Shown here piece by piece: positions 38,894 through 52,399 of a DNA stretch of 64,000 bases. This stretch comes from Ruditapes philippinarum (lineage: Eukaryota). The stretch lies in the NCBI RefSeq assembly GCF_026571515.1, contig NW_026858509.1:372001-436000 (forward strand), written 5' to 3'. A program made the position numbers and the translations under genes. The notes beneath the pieces were generated by a model. That model was not told the DNA's origin and searched no databases. It was given only the letters and a program-made list of their open reading frames with translations. How positions within the stretch are numbered: the stretch's first letter is position 1; the number at the start of each line of letters is the position of its first letter.

Positions 38894-40305
38894 CTCTATT
38901 TTACTGTGTTCATTAGTATTCTCTATTTTACTGTGTTCATTAGTATTCTCTATTTTACTGTTTTCATTAGTATTCTCTATTTTACTGTTTTCATTAGTAT
39001 TCTCTGTTTTACTGTGTTCATTAGTATTCTCTATTTTACTGTGTTCATTAGTATTCTCTGTTTTACTGTGTTCATAAGTATTCTCTGTTTTACTGTTTTC
39101 ATTAGTATTCTCTATTTTACTGTGTTCATTAGTATTCTCTATTTTACTGTGTTCATAAGTATTCTTTATTTTACTGTGTTCATTAGTATTCTCTATTTTA
39201 CTGTGTTCATTAGTATTCTCTATTTTATTGTTTTCATTAGTATTCTCTACTTTACTGTTTTCATTAGTATCCTCTGTTTTTACTGTGTTCATAAGTATTC
39301 TTTATTTTACTGTGTTCATAAGTATTCTCTATTTTACTGTGTTCATTAGTATTCTCTATTTTACTGTCTTCATAAGTATTCTCTATTTTACTGTGTTCAT
39401 AAGTATTCTCTATTTTATTGTTTTCATTAGTATTCTGTATTTTACTGTTTTCATTAGTATTCTCTATTTTTCTGTGTTCATTAGTATTCTCTATTTTACT
39501 GTGTTTATTAGTATTCTCTATTTTACTGTGTTCATAAGTATTCTTTAATTTTACTGTGTTCATTAGTATCCTCTGTTTTACTGTGTTCATAAGTATTCTC
39601 TATTTTACTGTGTTCATAAGTATTCTCTATTTTTACTGTGTTCATAAGTATTCTTTATGTTACTGTTTTCATTAGTATTCTCTATTTTACTGTGTTCATA
39701 AGTATTCTCTATTTTACTGTGTTCATTAGTATTCTCTATTTTACTGTGTTCATAAGTATTCTCTATTTTATTGTTTTCATTAGTATTCTCTATTTTACTG
39801 TTTTCATTAGTATCTCATAAGTATTCTCTATTTTACTGTGTTCATAAGTATCCTCTATTTTACTGTGTTCATAAGTATTCTCTATTTTACTGTATTCATA
39901 AGTATTCTCTATTTTACTGTTTTCATTAGTATTCTCTATTTTACTGTGTTCATTAGTATTCTCTATTTTACTGTGTTCATTAGTATTCTCTATTTTACTG
40001 TGTTCATAAGTATCCTCTGTTTTACTGTGTTCATAAGTATTCTCTATTTTACTGTGTTCATTAGTATCCTCTGTTTTGCTGTGTTCATAAGTATTCTTTA
40101 TTTTTACTGTGTTCATAAGTATTCTCTATTTTACTGTGTTCATTAGTATTCTCTATTTTACTGTGTTCATAAGTATTCTCTATTTTATTGTTTTCATTAG
40201 TATTCTCTACTTTACTGTTTTCATTAGCTTTCTCTATTTTACTGTGTTCATAAGTATTCTCTATTTTACAGTGTTCATTAGCTTTCTCTATGTTACTGTT
40301 TTCAT
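38894..40305. repeat. 27-bp minisatellite (~52 units), consensus ctctattttactgtgttcattagtatt
   Basis: Direct reading of tandem units; gives FTVFISILY and KIENTNEHS pseudo-ORFs on the two strands. Confidence 0.97.
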
Positions 40306-41885
40306 TAGAGATAATGTTAAATTCTACATCTCTCATGCCCTCTCTAGCACCGACTGAAGAAGTATTAAATCCTAACAACTTAAAAATATTGGAACCAATT
40401 GAAATTCATCTGTATGGATGTCAAACATTATTTACCATCATAGACATATGTTCAAACTTTCTTCCAGATGATAGCTAGATATATAGTATTTAGTTTTCAC
40501 GAAAGTAAACAAATTAAATTGTAAATTACGGCCTACTTAATTTAAATTGTTTAAAGATGGTGTACTTTTTTGTTGATGCTATTTTTTTTTTAAAGTAGGA
40601 TGCCAATGCTGCGGATTTCTTTGTAGCGCTTAAAAATATACTTTACTTAATCGGTTTTTAGGTTTGTTTGCTCGTTGGAAATCGCTCTATCAGAATGAGA
40701 AAACTTTAAAGATGTGTTTGATTAAAAAGATGAAAACACATTTTAAAAAATTCCTAGATGAGATGATTAATCTTAATGACAGATAGGACCTCTGGAAAAA
40801 TAGTTTTATTCTTTGATGACGAATGGCATATATAGATGAAAACATAAAATTTAAGAACAATAAGGGCTATCGGAAGGAAACACTTATCAAAGGTAGGTTG
40901 AATTATATTAATACTTTTAATCATATTGTTTATACGGTAGGAAATCTTTCGTTCAAGGAATGAAGTCATGATTTAGTTACTATGGCAACATGGTCCTCAA
41001 TCTGACTAAGGTTCAGAATCTTCTTGTGCTTAAGAGTGTTTTCAAATATTGTTGAAAACTATAGAAATGTATCATTGAATAAAGAATGTTGATTAAGTTA
41101 TAAGCCGTTTAGAATGACCATTTATCTGATAAATAAAAATATTTTGTTCAAAGAAACTTTATTACCTGCTATGTAAATATAATTATGTAATATCGGATCA
41201 TGTATCTCAGACTTACTAAGAACATCCAAGTATAATTCTTTTGTGGTTCAATTAAGTACCATCAACTTAATTATTCATTGTATTACAGATTTTCAATTAT
41301 ACTCGTAGATTTATTCATTTTAAAAGCTATCAATCTTACCTAGTGAATTATTCTTTGTACGATATTAATTAACTGAATTATACGGTGGAGGGCAATAAAT
41401 ACATTTCTGTCTAATTGGTTTTTTGGGTTGTTAATACATTTTGTGCAATAATATAAAATAATTAAAATCATGATATTCTTTTTTATGTTTGATAATTACT
41501 GAGAGAATCAAACAGATTTTTAAATTAATAAATGAGTTCAGCTAATCTCTACCTTTTTGTGTCCAATTTAAATCGACTACTTAATAGTTAACTGATCAAG
41601 TCAAAATGCTATCGTGCGTAAAATTATTGTGACACAAACATGAGTAATGGATTAATAGGCCATAAGTTACAGTCAATTGTATTTGCATTATTATCATGAC
41701 ATGACTAATTGTATTGATTAGAATGAGTTTTCATCAGGTTAGAAATATTCAAATGACTATCGTACATTCAACAATACAATGGAATACCCAATATTGTTAA
41801 CCAATAGAGTTAAACATCTTTCAAGAGTAATAAATCTTGTGCTTTTATTGTTTTATGTTTGTGTTTATTTCATATACAGATCACA

Positions 41886-42371
41886 ATGAATCAACAAAAG
41901 TTGGCACTGCTTCTAGGCACCATACTGTTGGTTGTCTTGATACCGGCTAGAGCTCAGTATAGTATCTCCTCATATACGAGTCACATGGGTGGTCATGGCG
42001 GAGGTCGGAGAGGAGGTTATGGTATGCCTTACACAGGTGGTCATGGCGGAGGTCATAGCGGTGGTTACGGTATGCCTTACACAGGTGGCCATGGCGGAGG
42101 TCGGAGAGGAGGTTATGGTATGCCCTACACTGGTGGCCATGGTGGAGGTCATAGTGGTGGTTATGGTATGCCCTACACAGGTGGTCATGGCGGAGGTAGT
42201 AGAGGAGGTTATGGTATGCCTTACACTGGTGGTCATGGCGGAGGTCATAGTGGTGGTTACGGTATGCCTTACACAGGTGGTCATGGCGGAGGTCATAGCG
42301 GTGGTTATGGTATGCCTTACACTGGTGGCCATGGTGGAGGTCATATATTTGGCAGGAGAGGAAGATATTAA
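41886..42371 (+). CDS. Secreted Gly/His/Tyr-rich repeat protein 2 (161 aa; 7x GGHGGGxxGGYGMPYT; ends RRGRY)
   Basis: catatacag|atcacaATG; signal peptide MNQQKLALLLGTILLVVLIPARA; 48-bp repeats vary mostly at synonymous positions; AATAAA at ~42598. Confidence 0.9.
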   Translation: MNQQKLALLLGTILLVVLIPARAQYSISSYTSHMGGHGGGRRGGYGMPYTGGHGGGHSGGYGMPYTGGHGGGRRGGYGMPYTGGHGGGHSGGYGMPYTGGHGGGSRGGYGMPYTGGHGGGHSGGYGMPYTGGHGGGHSGGYGMPYTGGHGGGHIFGRRGRY

Positions 42372-43127
42372 TACTTTAGCTCTCAATCATTTGACGGTGG
42401 ACCATTTAAACGTTGTAGAAAAAGTTTTGGAACTTTCAAAATAAGATTCGTTATCAATGTTAAACATCAAATAGGCATACCTCCTTTGTTATTATATCTT
42501 TTTTGCCTGAGATAAGTGAAATTTATTGTACATGTAAACAATTAAATGAAAATGCGATTTGTAAAATATTTTGTTATTTACGTTAATTTATCCTGAGAAT
42601 AAATACAAAAAAAAAATTGTCCGTCCGGAGCTTCAACGTATCTTGTATGATAATGATAATAATATTTTATTCAGAACTGTTTACCAGTGAAATATGGGCT
42701 ATATTATTAAGAATGACCTTATTATTTAGTTATTGCCTTAAATGGATAGCAAACTACATGCACTTGTCGAGTGATATGATTTCGTCGTGTGCATTCTCTA
42801 ATATATATGATTGAATGATAAGAAACTTGAAAGATGACAAATTGAATATTATGTAATATATCAACATAACCATGGACGTAGATTAAATAAACTACTGTTT
42901 TAAACAATGTTAATGTTATTGTAAAGCTGAACTATGAAATTAAAGAAAATAAAACAGTGATTTTTTAGTTTTTTTTGTTTTTTTTTGTTTTTTGTTGTTT
43001 TTTTTGTTTTTGTTTGTTTGTTTAGCTGAACCAAAATTATAACCACAAATGTGTATCACATATCAAGAATGCATTATAATACTGCATGTTTGTAACGTCG
43101 CTTTTTATTGGATAATCGTGGTGTTTA

Positions 43128-43635
43128 TATTATTAGTTATAAAGATTGTTGACAGGTTATATGGTCCTATATAAACAGCTGTTTGTAAATGTAAGGCGAG
43201 GGTTATATTGCAAACATCCGTTTATATACGGCCATATTTCCTGTCAACAATCTTTATAACGAATTTATAATACAGCACGCATCATTTTTAGAGAAAAAGT
43301 AAGATTTCTTAATGAATCGACAGTAGCCGTGTATATAAACGTCATGATAATCCAATGAAAAGCGACGTTACAAACGTGCAGTACTATAAAGTTTTGTATA
43401 CATGTCTTCTGTCGATTCTGAAAAATTCTTACCTTTTTTTCTCGTCGATTCTGAAAAAATCTTACCTTTTTTTCTCAAAAAAAAATAATGCTTGCTGTAT
43501 TATAAATTCGTTATTAAGATTGTTGACAGGTTATATGACCGTATATAAATGGCTGCTTGCAATATAACTCTCGCCTAGCGGCTCGGGTTATATTTACAAA
43601 TAGCCGTTTATATAGGGCCATATAACCTGTCAACA
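43128..43635. mobile_element. Foldback MITE with nested palindromic arms
   Basis: tattattagttataaagattgttgacaggttatatgg / ccatataacctgtcaacaatcttcataactaataata; each arm contains its own inverted copy of the motif. Confidence 0.8.
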
Positions 43636-45139
43636 ATCTTCATAACTAATAATATATGCTACATACTGACATCTATATCATCTCTTCTATGAAATATACA
43701 TTTATTTCACTAGTACTTCGATATTGAAAACAAGAGATATGCCTCACATATTGTATTTACAAAAACTAAACAAATACAATCAGTAAACAAAATCTAGTTA
43801 AAGTTTGGAAATTTCAAATGAATATAAAACGTTAGTAAGTCCTAGGTAATCGGTCTGGGATACTTAATTAAATACTAGTATATACATTTCATGTACATTG
43901 TTGTAGATTATATACGTACATGTACTGAGCAAACCGGTAACAAAGGGCGTTAAAGATATTGCACCTTTTAGCTCGCACGATCAGAAGCAATCATACAATG
44001 TATGTAATTTCACTATCCGTTTAGTTCTCATTCAGAAGGTATGTTAATAATTTTACGGAGAAACTATCCATTGCAGTAACTCACAACTTTGTGATATGGA
44101 TAAAAAGAGGGAGAAAAAAGATGCCCCACAAGGCTGTACATGAACCATGGTAAACGAAATCACTGTTCCTTGTCTTGCGAGCTGACACAATTCAATGCGT
44201 ACCCTGTTCTTTGATTGAAAACACATGATACTTCCGATCACTGTCGTTTTATTGGTATCCTATACATTTTAACTTTTACCTTTCTTGTGATAACTGGAAG
44301 TAGACTTGTTTAGTCAGTGTACCAGAGGTTTTTAAAAGATAAGACATTCAGAAGAAATAATTCGATTATATTTACTGAATGATTGAACACGTGAATATAT
44401 TGCAAAATGATTTTGCAATTTGGTTCAAACAATGTAATAACCAAATGTATTCAGCTCAGGGAAAAAAATGTTCCGTGGTTCATTTCTGTATTGTTTTATT
44501 ATGGTCCTTAAATTATAGAATCTAATACTTACAGTGTTTAGGATTGAATACTGCTTCAGACGGTCCTAGGGGGTGTAGGAGATTTACACCTTTTTAATAT
44601 CTTTCATAAACAGACTATATCTAACCGAGTACTAATCTACACCTTTATTCTTTTGTTTTAAGGTGTCTAGTATTTTAAGAATTTGAAATTAAGAAATCAA
44701 GACTGTAACTTTTGACGATAAATGTTACATCCTCACTAAATGTCTGACACACCCGAACCAAAGGCAACAAAACTTTCTCTAAAAATGACTGCAATTTAAG
44801 TATTGGTAAATATCTAATCGAGGATGAAAGGGTCTAAAAGCATTTTGATTTATTTTTTTCAATAATAGTTCAAATCATCAAAAATAATTCAGATTTGTAA
44901 GACTTACCGTTCAATTTCCTAAAAATGGAAATTGGAGTTTAACCATCATATGTTTTACCGGAAACCAAAATATCTTTCTAACCGATACACATTTCGGTGA
45001 GCCATATGAAGTTGGTCCCCGTCCTCAAATAAAATTTTGATCCCATCAATTATTTTTGAAAGAAATGGTTAAGGCGGTTTAATTTAAGATACGAGATTGA
45101 ATAAGTGAACAGGTGTGGACCTCAACATTTAGCCAACGT

Positions 45140-45446
45140 TGTGGTGTTGGTAGTTTTCACTCCAGGTCAGAACAGTTAGCCAATTCTAGTTTCACCAGAG
45201 CACAGTTAGCAACCACAGCGTTTACGGGCAGACTGTCAAGCAGTGTACCAGTACTATTATCATTTTCGCAAGGAACTAATAACCTCTGCTCATACCAGAG
45301 CAGAGCGTACAGCCGTAAAGGATTTTATGGACCAAAGAAAGGATTTCATGATCATTCACAATGACAGTGATCTGCACCGTTCGGGAATCAAAACCCTTGT
45401 CGCGATTCACGGCCCAACGCTCTACCTAGTGAGATAACCAGGCGGT
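45140..45446 (-). mobile_element. tRNA-derived SINE (family 2)
   Basis: Minus strand ACCGCCTGGTTATCTCACTAGGTAGAGCGTTGGGCCGTGAATC...GGTTTTGATTCCC, then a body matching 30485-30745. Confidence 0.7.
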
Positions 45447-45454
45447 TGTTTAAG

Positions 45455-46635
45455 AAATAATATATCCCAAACTGTGATTTTATCGCTCAATAACATCACT
45501 GTTTGAAGATCGGATGCGAGGAATTGTATATAATGATGCGCATCCGAACGACAAACAGTGATGTTGACAAACAGTGATGTTATCAAGCGAACAAATCACC
45601 GATTTGGATATATTATTTCGACATCATCAAATAAATTTATGCTGCTGTACTTGATATTAAGCTAAATTGAGCCTGATTTGTTTCCGTACTTATTTTTGAC
45701 AGCGCGATACATTTTAGTGGTTATGTCACGTGTATAATGATTACGTCACATGTCTAAATACAGAACGTCAAACAGTGATTTTATTGCACACACTTTCAAT
45801 AGGGAAAATGCGGGTCGTGTTAGAATATACATCTAGGCCTCTATTAATAATTCATCATTGACGTAGAGACAAATAGTTAACCCTCATATGTCTCACTCAT
45901 TCGTTAGTAAAGTTATTTACGTAGTTATTTAGTATTAAATATATAGATCTACATAACAATTTACCACTTTGTTTCTTTCTATATATACTCTTTATTTCCG
46001 CTTTTCATTGATTACAATACATACAAGATGAAATACATACATATGATACATGATTTTGACAAAAGTGCACTTTAATATATTGTTAAACAGACATAATTAA
46101 GTTCAAGTTAATAGTTTCATCTATAAGCTTCTATATGGTTATATTAACAACATATAGATAATATCAAAGATCAATAAGTATTTAAGTGTTATTCTAACAC
46201 GACCCGTATGTTTCTCTATTGAACATAGAAGAACCGAAAGTGTGTGTTATTATCCTATAAAATCACTGTTTGACGTTCTATATTTAGACATATGACGTAA
46301 TCATTATACACGTGACGTTACCACTAAAATGTGACGGGCTGACAATAAGTACGGAAACAAATCAGGCGCAATTTAGCTTAATATCATGTACAGCAGCATT
46401 TATTTGTTGATGTCGTGTTAGAATCGAAATAATATATCCAAATCGGTGATTTTATTGCTGGATAAAATCACTGTTTGTCGTTCGGATGCGCATCATAATT
46501 ATATCACTCGGGCTACGCCCTCGTGATATAATTCCTCGCATCCGGACTCCAAACAGGGATTTTTTGGCAATAAAATCACAGTTTGAGATATATTATTTCG
46601 ATTCTAACACGACATCAACAAATAAATGCTGCTGT
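45455..46635. mobile_element. Pair of inverted ~380-450-bp elements separated by ~360 bp
   Basis: 45455-45827 is the reverse complement of 46190-46600; gggctacgccc hairpin at ~46510. Confidence 0.75.
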
Positions 46636-47730
46636 AGAATCACAAGTCTTACCGAAACGAAATATAAGCTATGCATATTCAAGACTCTATCGTCTTTCAA
46701 CAAAATTAAGAAAATTTGTTCGAGTCTCTTCAAGTGAAGTACAATTTAAGATTCATTGAAGATTAAAGTCACTTGTTTAAGAACCACATTTATTGCATGT
46801 TTTAACATCACTTTGCTTTGCTTCAACAACAACTTTAGCAGTACATAATGCATGTTTAATTGAATTTAGAGTCGGAATTTCTCCATAATATTGATTGGCC
46901 TATATCGGTATGTAAAACTTTTGAAGGCACAAAATCATCATTTCTGTTCATACTTTCTGACCAATGCTGTATACGATATTTGCGTATACAGCGTTAAAAA
47001 AATGTTCGCTTCCATTGTAACTTGTCAGGAAAGATTGTTGTTTGTAAGTATTATATTGCCTTAGAGCTCTACAAATGTCAGGTACATTGTATATATCCGC
47101 TAAATGTCCACTGAAACGTCTGTTTGCATAGAGGTTTAGCCTGAAATTAAAGATTTTTCTTGTCAATAAAGTTAAAGCATTGTGCAACGTTTCTACAGGA
47201 AATAAAGCTTTCTTATGACAATTTCTGCTATAGCAGGTAACCACCCCAGCATGCTTAGAGCCATTTTAGTTCGAGTTCGCCCTGAAAAATGATGAATGCA
47301 TTTGGCAACTAACCGGAGCAACTTTGCCATTTAAAGTATTTCGGTGTCTATCAAATCAATTCATAGTTCTGCTCCGTAAAAAGCAGTTGTAAAAGTAAAT
47401 TCAAGAGTAAGAAAAAACTCGTTTTCATTTCTGAGGCTTCAATAATGTGCATTTAAGGAACGATACATTAAGCTACTAGTCTCAGTGGATTAACAAAATC
47501 ACTGTAACATGTCCATACATTCAAATGTGTACCATATCATTTGTTACTTTTGATTGGGAGCCTAAATGTTTTAACTTCTATTAGATGTTGAAATAGAAAA
47601 AAATAAAGAGCGCACAAAACAACAAAATTGAAAATGTTACAGGCTCGGTTTGATTGAGTCTGTTCATTTATATACTGAATACATTTCAACAGTATAAACA
47701 CACTAAAATCATACAAAGAATAACAAAAAT

Positions 47731-47966
47731 TGAGCCGTGTCACGACAAAACCAACATAATGGGTTTGCGACCAGCATGGATCCAGACCAGCCTGCGCATC
47801 CGCGCAGTCTGATCAGGATCCATGCTGTTCACTATCAGTTTCTCTACTTGTAATAGGGTTTGTAAGCGAACAGCATGGATCCTGATCAACTGCGCGGATG
47901 CGCAGGCTGGTCTGGATCCATAAGGGTCGCAAACGCACTATGTTGGTTTTGTCGTGACACGGCTCA
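47731..47966. mobile_element. Palindromic MITE (well-preserved copy)
   Basis: tgagccgtgtcacgacaaaaccaacata ... tatgttggttttgtcgtgacacggctca; near-perfect ~100-bp arms. Confidence 0.9.
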
Positions 47967-48122
47967 AATGTGCAATTTAAGAATTTTTTAAGTTTGTGTA
48001 TTGTCACTAAGAATTCATTTCATGAATAGTTTAGTATATTTTATTTTGTCTTATTTATGTATTATGTGTACATATAACCTGTACATAGATGAGAATGCAA
48101 TTAAATAAAATAATAAGATAAT

Positions 48123-48712
48123 TGTTCTGCTTTGGTACTAGGAGAATTCTTGTACAACTAAAATACAAAAAGATTTATTTTCAAACTATTTTTTAACTAT
48201 TTCAATCCAGAGTCATGCAATCTATGGCTCTTCAGAGGAAAGGACTTTAGAACAAAAATTCCATAACAAAAATTTTAGCCCCAATAAATTTTACTGTAAC
48301 TCGTAACCCTTTTAAATTCCCTTTGGGTTTAATTTAAAACCAATAAATTTTTAAAATTTTGTGTAACAAAATTTTGGGGAAATCACCATAAAACAATGTT
48401 TAATGTTAATAAAAGTTTTAAAACTGAAACCTGAAAGTTCATGAAAAATTTCAGCTTTGGTTACTGATAGTGTTAAAATTTTTTTTGTAACTTTACTATC
48501 AAAAGGCCCTGAAATAGGTTTAAATTTTATCTTTAAAAACGATTACCGTAGTTTGGGTTTAAATTTAAATTTTTTCCTTTTTCTGTTTTGTTCTTTTTCC
48601 TTCGTTATAAACAAAATTCCCGACATTAAGGTACCTTAAAAAATAAAAGCAAAAAAAAAAATTTAAAAAATGAAATAAAAAAAATAAAATAAAAAATTTT
48701 TAATGCATAATA
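48123..48712 (-). repeat. 3' LTR
   Basis: 48123-48270 is nearly identical to 57978-58140; the remainder matches with homopolymer distortions; adjacent PPT. Confidence 0.9.
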
Positions 48713-49149
48713 CCACCCCCTCCTCTAAATTTTCTTTATTCCTATAAAAGAGTAAAGGGGTAATATATCCAAACTGTATTATTTTTAAACACATCAAGCA
48801 TTCTATGTATTTTAAGTAAAAAATGCATTAAGCATTATATCAGTATTTTTCTAAATAAAGTACAAAAACAGAAGCATATATTTTACAACAATACCAAATA
48901 AATGCATTTTTTTTTAACTGTCATTAAATACCAATTTATATTCTCATGCATATTTGCATATAAGTATCTCAACAGTTTTTGTTTGTTTTTTTTTTGTTTT
49001 TTTTTTTTTATAAAAAGAAAACATATACATATGTACAAAAATCAATATACATCATTGCAAAACATAAAAATATATGACATCAATTTTGATTTATTTCTTT
49101 TCATCTTGTCAAAGTTTGTTCTTAATTGAAAGATAATTCATGAAATAAA

Positions 49150-51550
49150 AATTAAATTATTCACAAAATATTTTCTAAAAAATTTAAAAATTTATTTGCC
49201 CTTAAAAGGTGGTGAAAATTAATACAATTTATTTTTAAAGAAGGGGAAAAAAAAACATGTATTCCAAGTTTGTAAAGGCATAAACAATTGTCAGGGTTGA
49301 AAAAAAAATAGGGACAAAAAGGGGGTAGACATTATAGGGCCCTTAAATTTTTTGGAAAAAAAAATTTTTCCCTGTAATTTGTTTCTATCTGTAAGGGTTT
49401 TGTTTGATAGCTTATTCTTTTTTTAAAATTCCCACCCAGTCAAATGTCCCAATTGGGGGTCCCCCATATTTCTGATGTTTTTTGGTAATGTTTTTGGGTG
49501 CCTTTTTTTGGGGCCAGAAAGGTAGGACAAAAAAGTTAGATTTTTAAGTGGAAAATTTGTACAGAATTTTTTCCCTTTAGGGGATTTAAACCCACTTTTT
49601 TTGGAAATTTTTTCTAAAAACCTTACATGTTTTTTACCCATTAAAAAAAACAAGAAGAATTATGTTTAAATGACAATTAAGGGGGATATAAATTCCGGGG
49701 CTAAATTTAAAAATTTTAAGTTTTCCCCAAAAGAAACATGTCTTTGTTGTAGCTTTTTTGAAAAAGTTAAAAACCCTAATAGGGAACTTTGGGAAGCTCA
49801 AAACCTGTTTGGTACAAGTGATTTGGGTAAGTGGGTACAAAAAATTTAAATTTACTTTTCTAAGCAAAACTTTGGTGTAAATTATAAAAAGCTTTCAGAA
49901 AAAAAGGTGAAACGGGTTTGCTGTGATATTTTAAAATAATGTCATTAGTTGAAATAATTTTAAACCCACCCAAAGTTTATTTCCTGACGTAAAAAATCTG
50001 TGGAGATTGAAAAATAAGTAAAATTTGTCTTTTGGGCTGTTTGTGCCTTTTTTTTGTAATTTAAGATGACTTTGCTGTCTTGCTTATTTTTTTAAATAGT
50101 ATGTTTTGGGAAAATTTAAAAAATTTTGGAAAAACTTTTAAATACCCCAGGGGGTTTTTCAAAAAATTTGAATTATATCAAATTTTTCAAAGAATATAAA
50201 AAAAAAAATTTGTTGAGCAATGAAAGTTTACAGGATGAAAATTTTTGCTGAATTTATTTTCATAGCAGTCGGGTCAATCTTGCAGGAAAAAAATGTAGGG
50301 GATTTTGTAAAACCCTGAAAAATCACATGGAAACATTAAATTATCAAAATTTGCAAAACCTTTATCCATTTTTTTTTCCCATTTTTTACAATCATTTTCC
50401 CAAAGGCCCCAAAACATTAAAAAACTAATTTTTGAATTTTTAAAGATGCAGAAAAAAAAAACCCAAATTAAAAAAAATATATTCAAAAATCAAAAAATTA
50501 AAATTTTTTCTTTGTTTAAAAAATTTTGCCCTTTTTTTTAAACAAGGAAAATTCAAAAGATTTCTTAATAGGCAGGCATTAAATTTTTTAAAAAATTCAA
50601 AATGCCCCTTTTATTAAATTGCTTTTTTTGAATTCCCAAAATTTCCCAAAATTTTGTGAAATATTGAAAAGATAAATTAAGTAATAGCAATATGTTTAGG
50701 TAAATCTAGTATTTGTGTTGCAATTTGAAGTTTTCATTTCGGGGAAAACGGGAAAATAAAGTTATTTAAAATTCATAAAGGGTTTAAAAAAATTGGTGAA
50801 AGGGAAAATTTTTTACAGAAACATATAGAGAAAGAATTTTTTTCTAGCAAAAAAATGTCCTAGCAAAAGGGGGTAGTAAGGTGCTGGGTCTGTATATATT
50901 AGTAAAATCCTATGAACTTTTTTTCAAAAATTTTCCCGGAATATAAATTCAGGGGTCTTGACATTGTTTCAAAGTTAATTAAGTGAGGAGATACCTTAAA
51001 AAATTAAAATTAAAGCTTTAAATAAAAATCCAAAAGTTCATTGAAAAGGGTTTTTCCCAAGCTGTCTAGATTTTGAAATTTTTGCTTAAAAATGAATCCC
51101 ATTAAATTTTTTGAAATGATTTCTTTAAATTAAAAAATTGTTTTTCAAACATTGAGTTTGAATATTTTTCAATACCCAAAATGATTTTTTTTCCAACCTT
51201 TAAAAATTTTTAAATTTCTCTTTCTTAGTATTTTCCATGTAAAAAATAAAATAAATCTTCATGTGTTTCAAACAAAATTAATCAGTTTGTTTTGATATTT
51301 TTTTTAATGAATTGATATGTCTAGTTTAGCATCTTTTACATTTTTTAACTTTTGCTGTGAAAAATATTGATCTTGGGACTTCCAATTTAAAAGGAAAAAA
51401 TTGGCACGTTTTATTTTCCCTACTTTTAATTGAAATTTTTTTTCAGGCAAAAATTTAAATTAAAAATTTACTTTAAAAATTCCCCCAAAACTGTTTTTTT
51501 TTTGTTTCTTTTAAAACCAAAAATATAAACAAATTAGCTTTTTTTGGTAA
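49150..51550 (-). pseudogene. Garbled env-like ORF (F-type fusion-protein-like; inference)
   Basis: Readable islands VSPHLINFETMSR (50994-50956), HRILLIYTDPAPYY (50914-50873), ATQILDLPKHIAIT (50721-50680), HPVN (~50237); located between integrase and the PPT. Confidence 0.5.
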
Positions 51551-52399
51551 TATAATTTAAAAATTAAATAAATTTCCATACTCTTCCTGCCCCTGAAAAG
51601 TTATCCACGGGTTAAAATTAAAAACCCCATTTTTTAAAAACCCGTTGAAAAGTCAGGGCCCTTCTTTCCAGACACCGATGGACTACAAAGTATCATTCCA
51701 AAGGTCGCATCGGGAAAATTTTGGAAGCAACTAGAATAAAAGGAAATGAAAAAAAATCAACAAAAAGGGAAAAAAAAGTGTTTCAGTTTTTTTTCTGCCT
51801 AGCCTTTGAACAAAAATATTTGAAGAAAAAAGAGAAAAAAAAAGAAGACCATTCTTTAATGAACACATTCAGTTCACCCCAAAATTTAAAAAATACAGTC
51901 ATATTTCCAGTTCAAAAGATAGTGCCCCTAATCACCCGTGCACAAAATTTTTGCCATTTTAAATAATAGGGAAACCTGAATAATTTCAAGAAAAAATTTT
52001 AAAATACCATGTGCCAAGTACAAAAAGGCCCAACAACCTGAAAAACTTGAAAATATATAGGGTTCTAAAAAAACATAAAACTAAATGGGGTTTAAACCCT
52101 AAGAAATTGAAACTTAGGGTTTTGAAATTTTATTTTTCTTTTTTTTTTCCTTTCCCAAATTTTTGAAATCGAACAAAAAAAAAGTTTCAGTTCTTTACTA
52201 ACATTTCATATTTTTCCCAAAAGTAGGCTTAAAACTTTTTGGTTGCTCCATTCAATAAGTATTTTTATCCCTTTTTCTTTTTCCCTTAGTTTAAAAATTC
52301 TTTTTTGTTTTGGGGTCCCCAAAAACCCCCAAATCATTATTGTTTGAAGTTTTGGTTTTAGGAGTTTTTTCCCCTTTGAAACATTTAAATTTTTTTAAA

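Noticed and set aside
38894-40305. CRISPR-like periodic array
   Set aside because: Units are contiguous with no unique spacers; eukaryotic context and no cas genes.
38789-40378. Long ORFs on both strands (FTVFISILY and KIENTNEHS repeats) resembling membrane or antigen proteins
   Set aside because: By-product of a stop-poor 27-bp (multiple of 3) minisatellite; frames are repeatedly broken by single-base indels and there is no gene structure.
41970-42444. Alternative-frame and antisense repeat ORFs (also 34201-34542, 60928-61341)
   Set aside because: Shadows of the Gly-rich coding repeats; they lack a signal peptide and splice context.
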